The notes beneath the pieces are model-generated. The model was not told the DNA's origin. It was given only the letters and a program-made list of their open reading frames with translations, and searched no databases. Shown in pieces: positions 10,379-19,906 of a stretch of 64,000 bases of DNA. Position 1 is the stretch's first letter. Each line of letters opens with the position of its first letter. The position numbers and the translations under genes were made by a program. Source of the DNA: Solirubrobacteraceae bacterium (GTDB taxonomy: Bacteria; Actinomycetota; Thermoleophilia; Solirubrobacterales; Solirubrobacteraceae); the NCBI GenBank assembly GCA_035487855.1, contig DATHLT010000005.1, positions 3,338 to 67,337 of the forward strand, written 5' to 3'.

Positions 10379-11290
10379 TCATTCGATCTCCTCATCCATC
10401 TCCGAGAGCATCATCTCTAGCTCCGCCTGATAGCGAGCAGCCTGCAACGTGTTGCGCAACAGCATCGCGATCGTCATCGGGCCGACGCCACCTGGGACGG
10501 GCGTGATCGCGGAGGCGACCTCGGCGGCAGCGGCGAAGTCCACGTCACCGACGAGCCCGCTCTTATTGCCGGCTTCCTCGGGGGTGAGACGGTTCATGCC
10601 AACGTCGATCACCACGGCACCGGGTTTGACGAAGTCGCCCTTGACCAGTCGCGCGCGCCCGACAGCCACAATCAGCACCTCCGCGCGCGAGCACACCTCG
10701 CGCAGATCACGTGTACGCGAGTGGCAGACGGTCACGGTGGCGTTCTCGGCAAGCAGCAGCTGCGCCATTGGCTTGCCGAACAGGTTGGAGCGCCCGACCA
10801 CCACCGCTTCTGCGCCTTCCAGCTGGACGCCCGTGTCGGCGAGCATCTCCATTACCCCAGCGGGCGTGCACGGCCGCAATCCCGGGCGTCCGAGCGAGAG
10901 CAGCCCGGCGTTGACCGGCGTGAGACCGTCGACGTCCTTGTCCGCGCTGATCATGCCCGTGAGCGCCGGCCCGTCGAGATGCTCGGGCACGGGCAGTTGC
11001 AGCAGGACGCCGCTGACGGAGCGCTCGGCGTTGAGCATTTCGAGTTCTTCGGCCACCTCATCAAAGGAGGCATCGGCGCTCAGGCGACGATCAAACGGAA
11101 CCATCCCAACCTCAGTGCACGCGCGCTGCTTACCGCCCACATACACCGCCGAAGCAGGGTCCTCACCGACAAGCACGGTCGCCAAGCCGGGCGCCTTACC
11201 GAAGCTGCCGGTGAAGCTCTCGACCTCGCGAGCGACGTCTGCCCGTACCCGCGCAGCGATTGCCTTGCCGTCGATGATCGTTGCGCTCAT
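10379..11290 (-). CDS. folD: Methylenetetrahydrofolate dehydrogenase/cyclohydrolase
   Basis: PGLATVLVGEDPASAVYV, KDVDG, PCTPAG, GRSNLFGKP, TPVPGGVGPMT. Confidence 0.97.
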   Translation of the reverse strand: MSATIIDGKAIAARVRADVAREVESFTGSFGKAPGLATVLVGEDPASAVYVGGKQRACTEVGMVPFDRRLSADASFDEVAEELEMLNAERSVSGVLLQLPVPEHLDGPALTGMISADKDVDGLTPVNAGLLSLGRPGLRPCTPAGVMEMLADTGVQLEGAEAVVVGRSNLFGKPMAQLLLAENATVTVCHSRTRDLREVCSRAEVLIVAVGRARLVKGDFVKPGAVVIDVGMNRLTPEEAGNKSGLVGDVDFAAAAEVASAITPVPGGVGPMTIAMLLRNTLQAARYQAELEMMLSEMDEEIE

Positions 11291-11329
11291 GGGCAGATGC
11301 TATGCGTTGTAGCGGGGAGAGCGCGCTTT

Positions 11330-13753
11330 TTAGCGTCTGCTGACAGGAGCGTACTCGGCCATGAGCTTACGTTCGGAGCCATCGTCAGCGAAGCGCACGA
11401 CGATCACACCACCCGGCTCGACACCCGTGATCACGCCATCACCGAACGCAGCATGGACGACATCCTCGCCCAGGCGAAACTGGGTGGTGGCCGCCTGCGA
11501 CTCACGCGCACGCGTCCCAGAAGCGCCCCGCTCGGGCATCCCCCGCTCATACCAGCCTCCCTGTGCGCCCGAGCCATGAGCACCCCTGGAGCCGCCCACC
11601 CCAGCGAAACCACTGGACACGGCGCTCGCCCGCAAGACGGTCTGTCGCGGCTCCTCCAGCAGGTCGGCTGGGATCTCATCGAGGAAGCGGCTGCGCATGC
11701 CGAACGTTTGCGCCCCGAACACCGCGCGGCGGCGCGCGTATGTGAGATACAGCTGGCGCATCGCCCGTGTGATACCCACGTAGAACAGACGGCGCTCCTC
11801 CTCCAGGCCGCCCTCATCGATCGCACGCGAATGGGGGAACACGCCGTCCTCGCAGCCGGCGATGAACACGATCGGATACTCCAGGCCCTTCGCGTTATGC
11901 AGCGTCATCAATGTCACGAGGCCCTGGTCATCGCTACGGGTGTCGGCGTCGGCTACCAGTGCGATCTGCTGCAGGAACACGTCCAGCGTGTCTTCGTCCT
12001 CGGGAGCGCTCGCGTCGAACTCACGACCGACCTCGACCAGTTGCTCGAGGTTCTCGATCCGCCCCTGCGCCTCGATCGTCCGCTCCGCTTCGAGCGCCTC
12101 GATGTAGCCGGTCTGCGAGAGCATCGCCTCGAGCAGGTCACCCACGGGAACGCCCAGCGGCACCGCCGCCTGCACTGCGCCAAGCTCCCCATCATGCGAG
12201 CCACCGCGATCATCCTGGCCCATGCCGGCCATCGCCCGGAGATCGTCCATCGTGTCCATGAACCGCCGCAGCGCCTTGACCGCGGCAGCGCCCAGCCCAG
12301 GGACCTCTTCAGGCACAGCCGCCGCGTCCCACACCGAGATGTCGAGCGCCGACGCGTGGGCGAGGACACGCTGCAGCGAGGTCTGGCCGATGCCGCGCCG
12401 CGGCGAGTTGACCACGCGCGTGAAGCTGACCACGTCAAATGGGTTGGCGAGCAATGACAGGTAGGCGACCGCGTCCTTGATCTCCGCCCGTTCGTAGAAC
12501 TTCGTGCCGCCGATCACCTGGTAGGCGATCTCACGACGCACGAGCGTGTCCTCAATCACCCGTGACATCGCGTTCGTGCGATACAGCACGGCTATCTCCG
12601 CCCGCGAGGCGCCCTCGTCGACCAGCCGCTCGATCTCACCCACCACGAACCGCGCCTCGGCGTGCTCGTCCTCGAGGTCGCGCAACTGAATCTGATCGCC
12701 CTGGCCGAGCTCGCTCCACAGCCGCTTGGCGATCCCGCCGTGGTTGTTCGCGATCACCGCGTTGGCAGCCGACAGGATCGTCTCGGTGGAGCGGTAGTTC
12801 TGCTCGAGCTTGACCACGCGCGCATCCGGGAAGTCCTCCTGGAAGTCGAGGATGTTGCGCACGTCAGCTCCGCGGAAGCCATATATCGATTGCGCATCGT
12901 CGCCCACCACCGCCAGGTTGCGATGACCGACCGGCCCGGCATACGTGGGCCTGTCCCCCGGCTGGGACTCGCCGCGTTCGACGGCATCACCGCCCGCTCG
13001 CCCGCCGCCGACGAGCAGCTGCAGCAGCCGATACTGGGCGTGGTTGGTGTCCTGGTACTCGTCCACGAGCACGTGCCGAAAGGTGTTGGTGTAGCGGTCG
13101 CGGACCGCCTCGAACAGCTCCAGCAGGTTGACCGTGCGGAACAGCAGATCGTCGAAATCCATCGCGTTCATGCGGTGCAGGTCGCGCTCGTAGATGTCAT
13201 ACACGTCGGCGACCATCTCCTCGAACTGCGAGCCCACCGACTGGCGGTAGGAGTCGGCATCGATCAGCTTGTTCTTGGCCGCGGAGATCTGGTTGTGCAG
13301 CGCCGACGGGGTGAAGCGCTTGGGGTCCACGCCCACCGCGTCCGCGGAGCGCTTGGTCAGACGCCGCGCGTCCGATTGGTCGTAGATCGTGAACTGGCGC
13401 GTGTAGCCGAGACGGTCGGCCTCCGCCCTCAGTACGCGCGCGCACGCCGCATGGAACGTCAGTAGCCACATGGGTGGGCGGGAAATCGATCCCCGACCGA
13501 GCAACCGTTCGACACGCTCACGCATCTCGCTGGCAGCCTTGTTCGTGAACGTAATCGCCAGGATCTCCCCCGCCTGCGCCTGGTCGGTGTAGATCAGGAA
13601 CGCGATCCTGTGCGTGAGCACACGCGTCTTGCCGCTACCCGCACCCGCGAGGATCAACAGCGGCCCCTCGCCGTGCGTCACAGCCTCCCGTTGGGGCTCG
13701 TTCAGGCCCTCCAGCAGCTCCTGGAGGTGCGCGGCATGAGGGTTCTCAGGCAT
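11330..13753 (-). CDS. pcrA: ATP-dependent DNA helicase PcrA/UvrD
   Basis: AGAGSGKT, VDEYQDTN, VGDDAQSIYGFRGA, LEQNYRS, LMTLHNAKGLEY, EERRLFYVGITRA; C-terminal Tudor-like domain. Confidence 0.97.
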   Translation of the reverse strand: MPENPHAAHLQELLEGLNEPQREAVTHGEGPLLILAGAGSGKTRVLTHRIAFLIYTDQAQAGEILAITFTNKAASEMRERVERLLGRGSISRPPMWLLTFHAACARVLRAEADRLGYTRQFTIYDQSDARRLTKRSADAVGVDPKRFTPSALHNQISAAKNKLIDADSYRQSVGSQFEEMVADVYDIYERDLHRMNAMDFDDLLFRTVNLLELFEAVRDRYTNTFRHVLVDEYQDTNHAQYRLLQLLVGGGRAGGDAVERGESQPGDRPTYAGPVGHRNLAVVGDDAQSIYGFRGADVRNILDFQEDFPDARVVKLEQNYRSTETILSAANAVIANNHGGIAKRLWSELGQGDQIQLRDLEDEHAEARFVVGEIERLVDEGASRAEIAVLYRTNAMSRVIEDTLVRREIAYQVIGGTKFYERAEIKDAVAYLSLLANPFDVVSFTRVVNSPRRGIGQTSLQRVLAHASALDISVWDAAAVPEEVPGLGAAAVKALRRFMDTMDDLRAMAGMGQDDRGGSHDGELGAVQAAVPLGVPVGDLLEAMLSQTGYIEALEAERTIEAQGRIENLEQLVEVGREFDASAPEDEDTLDVFLQQIALVADADTRSDDQGLVTLMTLHNAKGLEYPIVFIAGCEDGVFPHSRAIDEGGLEEERRLFYVGITRAMRQLYLTYARRRAVFGAQTFGMRSRFLDEIPADLLEEPRQTVLRASAVSSGFAGVGGSRGAHGSGAQGGWYERGMPERGASGTRARESQAATTQFRLGEDVVHAAFGDGVITGVEPGGVIVVRFADDGSERKLMAEYAPVSRR

Positions 13754-13897
13754 TCAACCCCAGCATAGATGCGCATTCGGGCGACTGATGTGGCCGATGG
13801 ATCGTCGTTCCTGGCAAGGGATCGATGCCCACCTACCCGCGTGGCATGCGTCGCACACGAGCGACCGAGGACGCTGCAAGGAGCGACGAGGCGCCGG

Positions 13898-14641
13898 TCA
13901 GCCGCCCGCTGGGTTTGGGCCTCTGACTGTTCTTAGCGGCCTCACCTCAGCAGGCTCCGCGTCACTCTCGGTATCGGACAGCTCGGCGATCAGGCGTTCC
14001 AGCGTGACAATCCGCCCGGAGAGCGCCTGGATGGCCTCTGCGATCGGGTCGGGCAGGTGGATCCAGTCGGCGTCAGGACCCTCGACGCGGCGACCGTCGA
14101 CGCGCACTGGGTGGCCGGGGTTGCCCACCACGGTCGAGTTCGGTGGCACGTCGGTGATCACCACGCTGTTGGCGCCGATCTTCGCGCCGTGGCCGATCGT
14201 GATCGGCCCCAACAACTTTGCGCCCGAGCCGATCGTTACGTTGTCCTGCACCGTCGGATGGCGCTTGCCGGTGGCAAAGCCCGTGCCCCCGAGCGTTACC
14301 CCCTGGTAGAGCGTTACGTCATTGCCGATGTCTGCTGTCTCGCCGATCACCACGCCGATGCCGTGATCGATGAACAGCCCGCGACCGATACACGCCGAGG
14401 GGTGGATCTCGATGCCCGTGAGCGCTCGCGTGAACATCGAGATCAGCCGCGGCAGCAATGGCACGCCCGCGAGTTTCAGCGCGTGTGCGACGCGGTAGGC
14501 CAGCAACGCGTGGATTCCCGGCCAGGTCGCAAGGATCTCCACCGGCGATACGCCCCGCGCCGCCGGGTCACGATCGCGAGCCGCCAGCACGTCGCGGCGC
14601 ACCTCCTTGACAACCCGCGCGACCTTGCCGAAACCGGCCAT
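13898..14641 (-). CDS. cysE: Serine O-acetyltransferase
   Basis: RDPAAR, TGIEIHPSA, FIDHGIGVVIGETA, KRHPTV; hexapeptide repeats. Confidence 0.95.
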   Translation of the reverse strand: MAGFGKVARVVKEVRRDVLAARDRDPAARGVSPVEILATWPGIHALLAYRVAHALKLAGVPLLPRLISMFTRALTGIEIHPSACIGRGLFIDHGIGVVIGETADIGNDVTLYQGVTLGGTGFATGKRHPTVQDNVTIGSGAKLLGPITIGHGAKIGANSVVITDVPPNSTVVGNPGHPVRVDGRRVEGPDADWIHLPDPIAEAIQALSGRIVTLERLIAELSDTESDAEPAEVRPLRTVRGPNPAGG

Positions 14642-14699
14642 AGCAACAGCGTAGCGGCGAATTCGCGAATGTTGACCGTGCAACCGAATCCGCGGGCCA

Positions 14700-15644
14700 T
14701 CAGGGTGCGAAGAAGGCTTGTGAGACGTAGCGCTCGCCGGAGTCGGGCATCATCACCACAATCCTCTGCCCCTTGGACTCCGGGCGTTGGGCGACCTGCA
14801 GGGCCGCCCATAGCGCCGCCCCACAGGAGATGCCTGCAAGCAGGCCCACGCGTTTGGCGCAGCTCCACGCGGTCTCGATCGCGTCGTCATCGCTGACCGG
14901 GATGACCTCGTCGATCAGCTCCCTGTTGAGGACCGGCGGCACGAACCCCGCGCCGATGCCCTGAATCCGGTGCGGGCCAGGCTGGCCTCCCGAGAGGACC
15001 GCCGAGCCACGCGGCTCAACCGCCACCACCCGCAGTTTCGAGTTGTTGTGCTCACGCAGGTACTCCCCCACACCCGTCAGCGTGCCCCCCGTTCCTACCC
15101 CCGCCACGAACACGTCCACGCGGCCATCCAGCGCACGCTCGATCTCCGGCCCCGTCGTGCGTCGATGCACCTCCGGGTTGGCAGGATTTGAGAACTGGTC
15201 AGGCAGGAACACCTCATCGTCACGCGCCATCGCGCGGGCGGCCGCCACCGCCTCGCCCATCCCGCCCAGCGACTCGGTTATGTCAACCCGTGCCCCATAC
15301 AGACGCAAAAGGCTCTCGCGCTCGCGGCTCATGCCTTGCGGCAACGTCAGGACGAGGTCATATCCCTTGGCAGCGCATACGAACGCAAGCGCGATGCCCG
15401 TGTTGCCGGAGGTCGCCTCCACGATCGTCGTGCGGCCCGGCTCGATCCTGCCTTGCGCCTCCGCCGCCTCGATCATCGCCACACCGATGCGGTCCTTCAC
15501 GCTGCCACCCGGGTTGAACGCCTCGAGCTTGGCAAACAGCTCCACCCCGTTCTCCTGCGCGACGGTCCCCTCGAGCATGCGCGGTAGACCGACCAGCGGC
15601 GTCCCCCCAACAAGCTCCGCAATGTTGATCGGGATTAGGGACAT
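14700..15644 (-). CDS. cysK: Cysteine synthase A
   Basis: NPGGSVKDR (PLP lysine), TSGNTG, GVGTGGT, HRIQGIGAGFVP, PDSGERY. Confidence 0.96.
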   Translation of the reverse strand: MSLIPINIAELVGGTPLVGLPRMLEGTVAQENGVELFAKLEAFNPGGSVKDRIGVAMIEAAEAQGRIEPGRTTIVEATSGNTGIALAFVCAAKGYDLVLTLPQGMSRERESLLRLYGARVDITESLGGMGEAVAAARAMARDDEVFLPDQFSNPANPEVHRRTTGPEIERALDGRVDVFVAGVGTGGTLTGVGEYLREHNNSKLRVVAVEPRGSAVLSGGQPGPHRIQGIGAGFVPPVLNRELIDEVIPVSDDDAIETAWSCAKRVGLLAGISCGAALWAALQVAQRPESKGQRIVVMMPDSGERYVSQAFFAP

Positions 15645-15764
15645 ACCCCGACAATAGTGGGCCGGGAGGGTGTTCGCGTGCCCGGTACGTGGCGGCTAGG
15701 ATGCTGAGGAAGAAGTTCTGGCGCACGGTCTTGCCTGGCGGCACAACGACTGACTCGGAGATCG

Positions 15765-16157
15765 TCAGATGTGGTACATGCTCGCGCCGGCGTCGCGCAT
15801 CTCGCGATCGAGCACGTCGGCGATCGTCGTCTGGCCGAGCACCTTGCGTGCCGCGTTGGCGGCGTCCTCGAACACGCCCTCCGCGTCACGTCCGACGGGA
15901 CCGTCGAGCAGCTCTACGACGTCCAGCACGGTGATCGTCGAAGGCTCCCGCGCGAAGCGGTAGCCGCCCTTCACGCCACGCTGCGAGCTAATGATCCCAC
16001 CTCGGCGAAGCACGGCGAACAGCTGCTCGAGGAACTGCACCGGCACATCGCGCTTGCGCGCCAGCTCACCAATTGGCACCGGATGCTCGCCAGTGCCGCG
16101 CGCGAGCTCAACCAGTGCGAGCACCGCGTATGGAGACTTGCTCGTGATCGAGATCAC
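15765..16157 (-). CDS. Rrf2-family transcriptional regulator (CymR-like; lacks Fe-S cysteines)
   Basis: FLEQLFAVLRRGGIISSQRGVKGGY; no Cys in the protein; immediately upstream of cysK-cysE. Confidence 0.9.
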   Translation of the reverse strand: MISITSKSPYAVLALVELARGTGEHPVPIGELARKRDVPVQFLEQLFAVLRRGGIISSQRGVKGGYRFAREPSTITVLDVVELLDGPVGRDAEGVFEDAANAARKVLGQTTIADVLDREMRDAGASMYHI

Positions 16158-16203
16158 ACAGCGATGCTACGCAATGCCCCACCGAGACGGCCAGGCGAGC
16201 ATC

Positions 16204-17412
16204 TCAGAGCCAGCCGCGCTCGGTGGCGATCAACACCGCTTGCGCACGATCGACGGCGCCTAGCTTGCCGTAGATGTTGTGCAGGTGGGTGCGCACAGTG
16301 CTCGTTGACAGCGTCAGCTCGTGGGCGATCTGCTTGTAGACCTTGCCCTCGGCGAGGCGCTGCAGCACACCCAGCTCGCGCCCAGACAGCGGGCACGGGT
16401 CGACATGACGCTGACGCTGGCTCGGCGGGCTCGGCAGTTCATACATCACGCGCCTGAGCTCCTCGGGGCCAAGACCGATGCTGCGCGCGGTGTGAAGCAT
16501 TTCCGACGGTGACACGCGCCCGCCCTGCTCGTAGTGGGCGAGCATGTCAGCCAGGCGAATGAAGGCAGCCTCGCCCTCGGCGTCGGGGTTGTGGTGACGC
16601 TCGATCGGCGTGGCAAGCGTGCCTGGCAGGCCCCAGCGACGGATCAAGACTCCACCCACGAGCGCATGATCGACACCGAGCTCACGACGCTCTTGATGCA
16701 AGCGCTCCTCGGGCGTCCGCGCGCCGCGGTGAACCTGTGAGGGGTACCCCGGGTAGGCGTGCAGCAGCACCAGCTTTCCCACGTCGTGCAGCAGGCTCGT
16801 AACCGTAAGTCGGTCACGGTTCTCATAGCCAACCTCGCTGGCGATGCGGTCGGCCGCGTGCTGGGTTGCGAGCGCGTGCAGCCGGAAGCGCTCCGGAGCG
16901 CTATCCCACACGCTTGCCCGCTCGAAGAAGTCAAAGGTGCGTACGCGGTTGGCAACAGCCTGCACCGTGTGCGAGCTCAACACCTCCACAGCCGTGACAG
17001 CGGTGTCAACGCGCGAACGACCCTCTTGCGCACGGTTGGCAAGGCGCAGAACGGCAATGATCAGCGCGACATCAGACTCGACGGCGGAGACGACATCGGC
17101 CGTGGCCACGTGGTCACGAGAGACCACCGACAGCAAACGGTCGCGCGACTCTGCCAGTGCGGGGAAAGCCTCCAGCGCTTCAAAGGCCATCGTCAAGCGA
17201 CGCCCGTGGCCCTCATTCTGGTGGCGCTCACCGGAGCTGGCTCCAGCGGCGTGCGAGCGTCGGGTATCCAACGAGCGGGGTGCGCCCGTACCCGGCGATC
17301 TTTTGATCGGCGTCGGCCCAGCTGCGGACGTCGGCTTCTTCGCTACCGTCACCTTCTTTGCCGGAGTCGCCTTGACGGCGGCCGGCTTTTTTGCTGCGGC
17401 GGTTGCCTGCAT
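16204..17412 (-). CDS. HDOD-domain / LuxR-HTH transcriptional regulator with Ala/Lys/Pro-rich N-terminal extension
   Basis: ESDVALIIAVLRLAN and LLHDVGK (HDOD/HD fold); C-terminal LSGRELGVLQRLAEGKVYKQIAHELTLSTSTVRTHLHNIYGKL. Confidence 0.88.
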   Translation of the reverse strand: MQATAAAKKPAAVKATPAKKVTVAKKPTSAAGPTPIKRSPGTGAPRSLDTRRSHAAGASSGERHQNEGHGRRLTMAFEALEAFPALAESRDRLLSVVSRDHVATADVVSAVESDVALIIAVLRLANRAQEGRSRVDTAVTAVEVLSSHTVQAVANRVRTFDFFERASVWDSAPERFRLHALATQHAADRIASEVGYENRDRLTVTSLLHDVGKLVLLHAYPGYPSQVHRGARTPEERLHQERRELGVDHALVGGVLIRRWGLPGTLATPIERHHNPDAEGEAAFIRLADMLAHYEQGGRVSPSEMLHTARSIGLGPEELRRVMYELPSPPSQRQRHVDPCPLSGRELGVLQRLAEGKVYKQIAHELTLSTSTVRTHLHNIYGKLGAVDRAQAVLIATERGWL

Positions 17413-17499
17413 GCCTTACGTAACCCCTTCCTTGGGTTCGCCGGCCATCCGGGCCGGTGATTCCAGCGTTGCTCACGTATCGGCATCCCCGCATAAAAA

Positions 17500-18882
17500 T
17501 TAAGCGCTGGTTTCGGATTTCCCATCGGCCAGCACCACAGCAATACGCCGCAATGTCTCCTCGCGACCCAGTAGCGCCACGATCTCGAAGATCCCAGGTG
17601 AGATCGTCGTGCCCGTAATCGCCACCCGCAACGGCTGGTAAACATCGCGCGGCTTGGCCTGCCTGCGCTCCACGACAGCCGTCAGTATCTCCCCCACGGA
17701 CTGCTCATCAAAGCACTCGCTGGCGGCGAGCGCCGCGCTCACGTCTGCGAGCGCGGCGAGGCTGTCCTCACCCAGCCAGCGCTCCCGTGCCTTGGGATCG
17801 TCGCTGGGACCATCAAACAGTGAACCGGACAGCGGCCAAAAGTCGGCAAGCGTGGAGATCTTCTCCTGGCTGATGCGTACAGCTTCTTGGAGACCCTCGT
17901 GGCCGGTGAACGCTTCCAGACGGCACGTGAGCTCTGGCACGCTTAGTTTGCGAATGTACTGACCGTTCAGCCAGCGCAGCTTGACCTCATCGAAGCGTGC
18001 CGGGTTACGGCTCACGCGCTCGAGCGTGAAGCGCTCGATCAGCTCATCGGTCGAGAGCACCGTCTCGTCATCTCCCGCACCCCATCCAAGCAATGCGAGA
18101 TAGTTGCGCACCGCCTCCGGTAGATAGCCCGCATCTCTCAGCTCCTGCACCGAGGCGGCACCGTGGCGCTTTGACAGCTTCTTGCCATCCGGCCCATGCA
18201 GCAGCGGCAAGTGCGCATATACAGGCAGTGGTGCCGGCTCGCCGGTCGCGGCACGATCCAGACCCGCAGCGCTCGCCGCCTCCAGCACGAGCAGCTGCTT
18301 GGGCGTATTTGAGAGGTGATCCTCACCGCGGACCACATGCGTGATACCCGCATCAAGGTCATCAATGGCGACGGCGAAGTTGTAGAGCACTGAGCCGTCC
18401 GCACGCGCGATCACAGGATCGTCCAAGTGCACATGCTCAAAGCGCGTGTCGCCACGGATCACGTCGTGCACCACGGTGGCGCCCTCTGCGGGGACCCGCA
18501 GGCGCACGGCACCATCGGCTTCTGCCTCACCGCGGAACCCGCGCTCGGCGCCGTGCGCGAGCTTGTATGCCTTCACGTCCTCCGCGGTGGCGTTTGAGCG
18601 ATACGCGTGACCTGACTCCAGCAGCGCCGCCAGCGCTTGCCGATGTCGCTCAGAGCGCGCAGTCTGCATGATCGGGCCCTCATCCCAGTCGAGCTCCAGC
18701 CAACGCAACGCGTCGAGGATCTGCTCAACGTTCTCCGGCGTGGAGCGCTCGCGGTCGGTGTCCTCGATCCGCAGCACCAACTCGCCGCTGTCGTGGCGAG
18801 CGAGCAACCAGTTGAACAGAGCCGTGCGGGCGCCGCCGATGTGCAGCGCCCCGGTGGGCGATGGCGCGAAGCGAACTCTCAT
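17500..18882 (-). CDS. gltX: Glutamate--tRNA ligase
   Basis: RVRFAPSPTGALHIGG (HIGH), LRIEDTD, HVVRGEDH, KKLSKR (KMSKS). Confidence 0.96.
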   Translation of the reverse strand: MRVRFAPSPTGALHIGGARTALFNWLLARHDSGELVLRIEDTDRERSTPENVEQILDALRWLELDWDEGPIMQTARSERHRQALAALLESGHAYRSNATAEDVKAYKLAHGAERGFRGEAEADGAVRLRVPAEGATVVHDVIRGDTRFEHVHLDDPVIARADGSVLYNFAVAIDDLDAGITHVVRGEDHLSNTPKQLLVLEAASAAGLDRAATGEPAPLPVYAHLPLLHGPDGKKLSKRHGAASVQELRDAGYLPEAVRNYLALLGWGAGDDETVLSTDELIERFTLERVSRNPARFDEVKLRWLNGQYIRKLSVPELTCRLEAFTGHEGLQEAVRISQEKISTLADFWPLSGSLFDGPSDDPKARERWLGEDSLAALADVSAALAASECFDEQSVGEILTAVVERRQAKPRDVYQPLRVAITGTTISPGIFEIVALLGREETLRRIAVVLADGKSETSA

Positions 18883-18943
18883 TGAAAGCAAACCCTCATA
18901 GGATGCGCCGCATGCTAGTCGTAGCCGCTCCGCGCCACCAGCC

Positions 18944-19810
18944 ATGCTGATCGGCGCGCATGTATCACCCGCGGGTGGACTGCCGAAGGCGATCGAGCGC
19001 GGCGTCGAGCGCGGTTGCCGCTCGATCCAGATCTTCAATCAGTCGCCGCGGATGTGGAAACCGTCGGTCTACCGCGATGAGGACGTGGCGGCGTTCCGCG
19101 AGGCAATGAGCTCAAGCCCGATAGACGCGGTGTTGATTCACGCCGTGTACCTACTCAACTGCGCCAGCGACGATCCCGACATTCGCTCGAAATCGCTGGC
19201 GTCGCTGACCTATTCGCTGCAGGTAGGCCACGCGATCGGAGCGAGCGGCGTGGTCTTGCACCCCGGCTCTGCCAAGACGGGCGATGTCGGTGAGGCAATC
19301 GCACGCGCGGGAGCAACGATTCGCGAGGCGCTACAGGAGAGTGAAGGCTGCCAGCTACACCTGGAGAACACTGCCGGCGCCGGTGGCACACTCGGACGCT
19401 CGTTCGATGAGCTGGCAAGCCTTGTGGAGGCGGCGGGCGCTGGGGAGCGCCTGGGTGTATGCCTTGACTCCTGCCACCTATTTGCGTCCGGCTATGACAT
19501 CCGCAGCACCGCGGGCATGACCAGCATGCTGCGCGAGTCCGGCCGTAAGCTCGGCCGTGGGCGCGTACGCTCGCTACACCTGAACGATTCCCAGACAGCG
19601 CTCGGCTCAAACCGCGACCGCCACGCCGACATCGGCAAGGGGGAGCTCGGCGAGGACGGGTGTGCGTCGTTTCTCTCAGCGCCCGGGATTCAGGGTCTGG
19701 CCTGCGTGCTCGAGACCCCCGGGCCGGATCGCAAGGGCGCCACGGCGGACGAAGTGACTTTCGCCGTGAAGCTGAGAGATCGCGGTATCGCGGCGCGGCG
19801 CACGACGTAG
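18944..19810 (+). CDS. nfo: Endonuclease IV (AP endonuclease)
   Basis: IGAHVS, HAVYLLN, HPGS, LENTAG, CLDSCH, HLNDS, RDRHADIG, LETP. Confidence 0.94.
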   Translation: MLIGAHVSPAGGLPKAIERGVERGCRSIQIFNQSPRMWKPSVYRDEDVAAFREAMSSSPIDAVLIHAVYLLNCASDDPDIRSKSLASLTYSLQVGHAIGASGVVLHPGSAKTGDVGEAIARAGATIREALQESEGCQLHLENTAGAGGTLGRSFDELASLVEAAGAGERLGVCLDSCHLFASGYDIRSTAGMTSMLRESGRKLGRGRVRSLHLNDSQTALGSNRDRHADIGKGELGEDGCASFLSAPGIQGLACVLETPGPDRKGATADEVTFAVKLRDRGIAARRTT

Positions 19811-19906
19811 TAGCTGCCCGGGCCTCGTCGGAGTCGTTGCTCGCGCCATCGTCGCCGCCCGCAGCCCGAGCGCTCCTCGCGCTCTCCGTCTCAGCCGGCG
19901 GCTCCG

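Noticed and set aside
10721-12457. Long + strand ORFs (578 aa here; also 23632-24819, 31867-32868, 46114-47628 and many others)
   Set aside because: They are antisense shadows of well-supported minus-strand genes, expected with high-GC codon bias, and carry no motifs.
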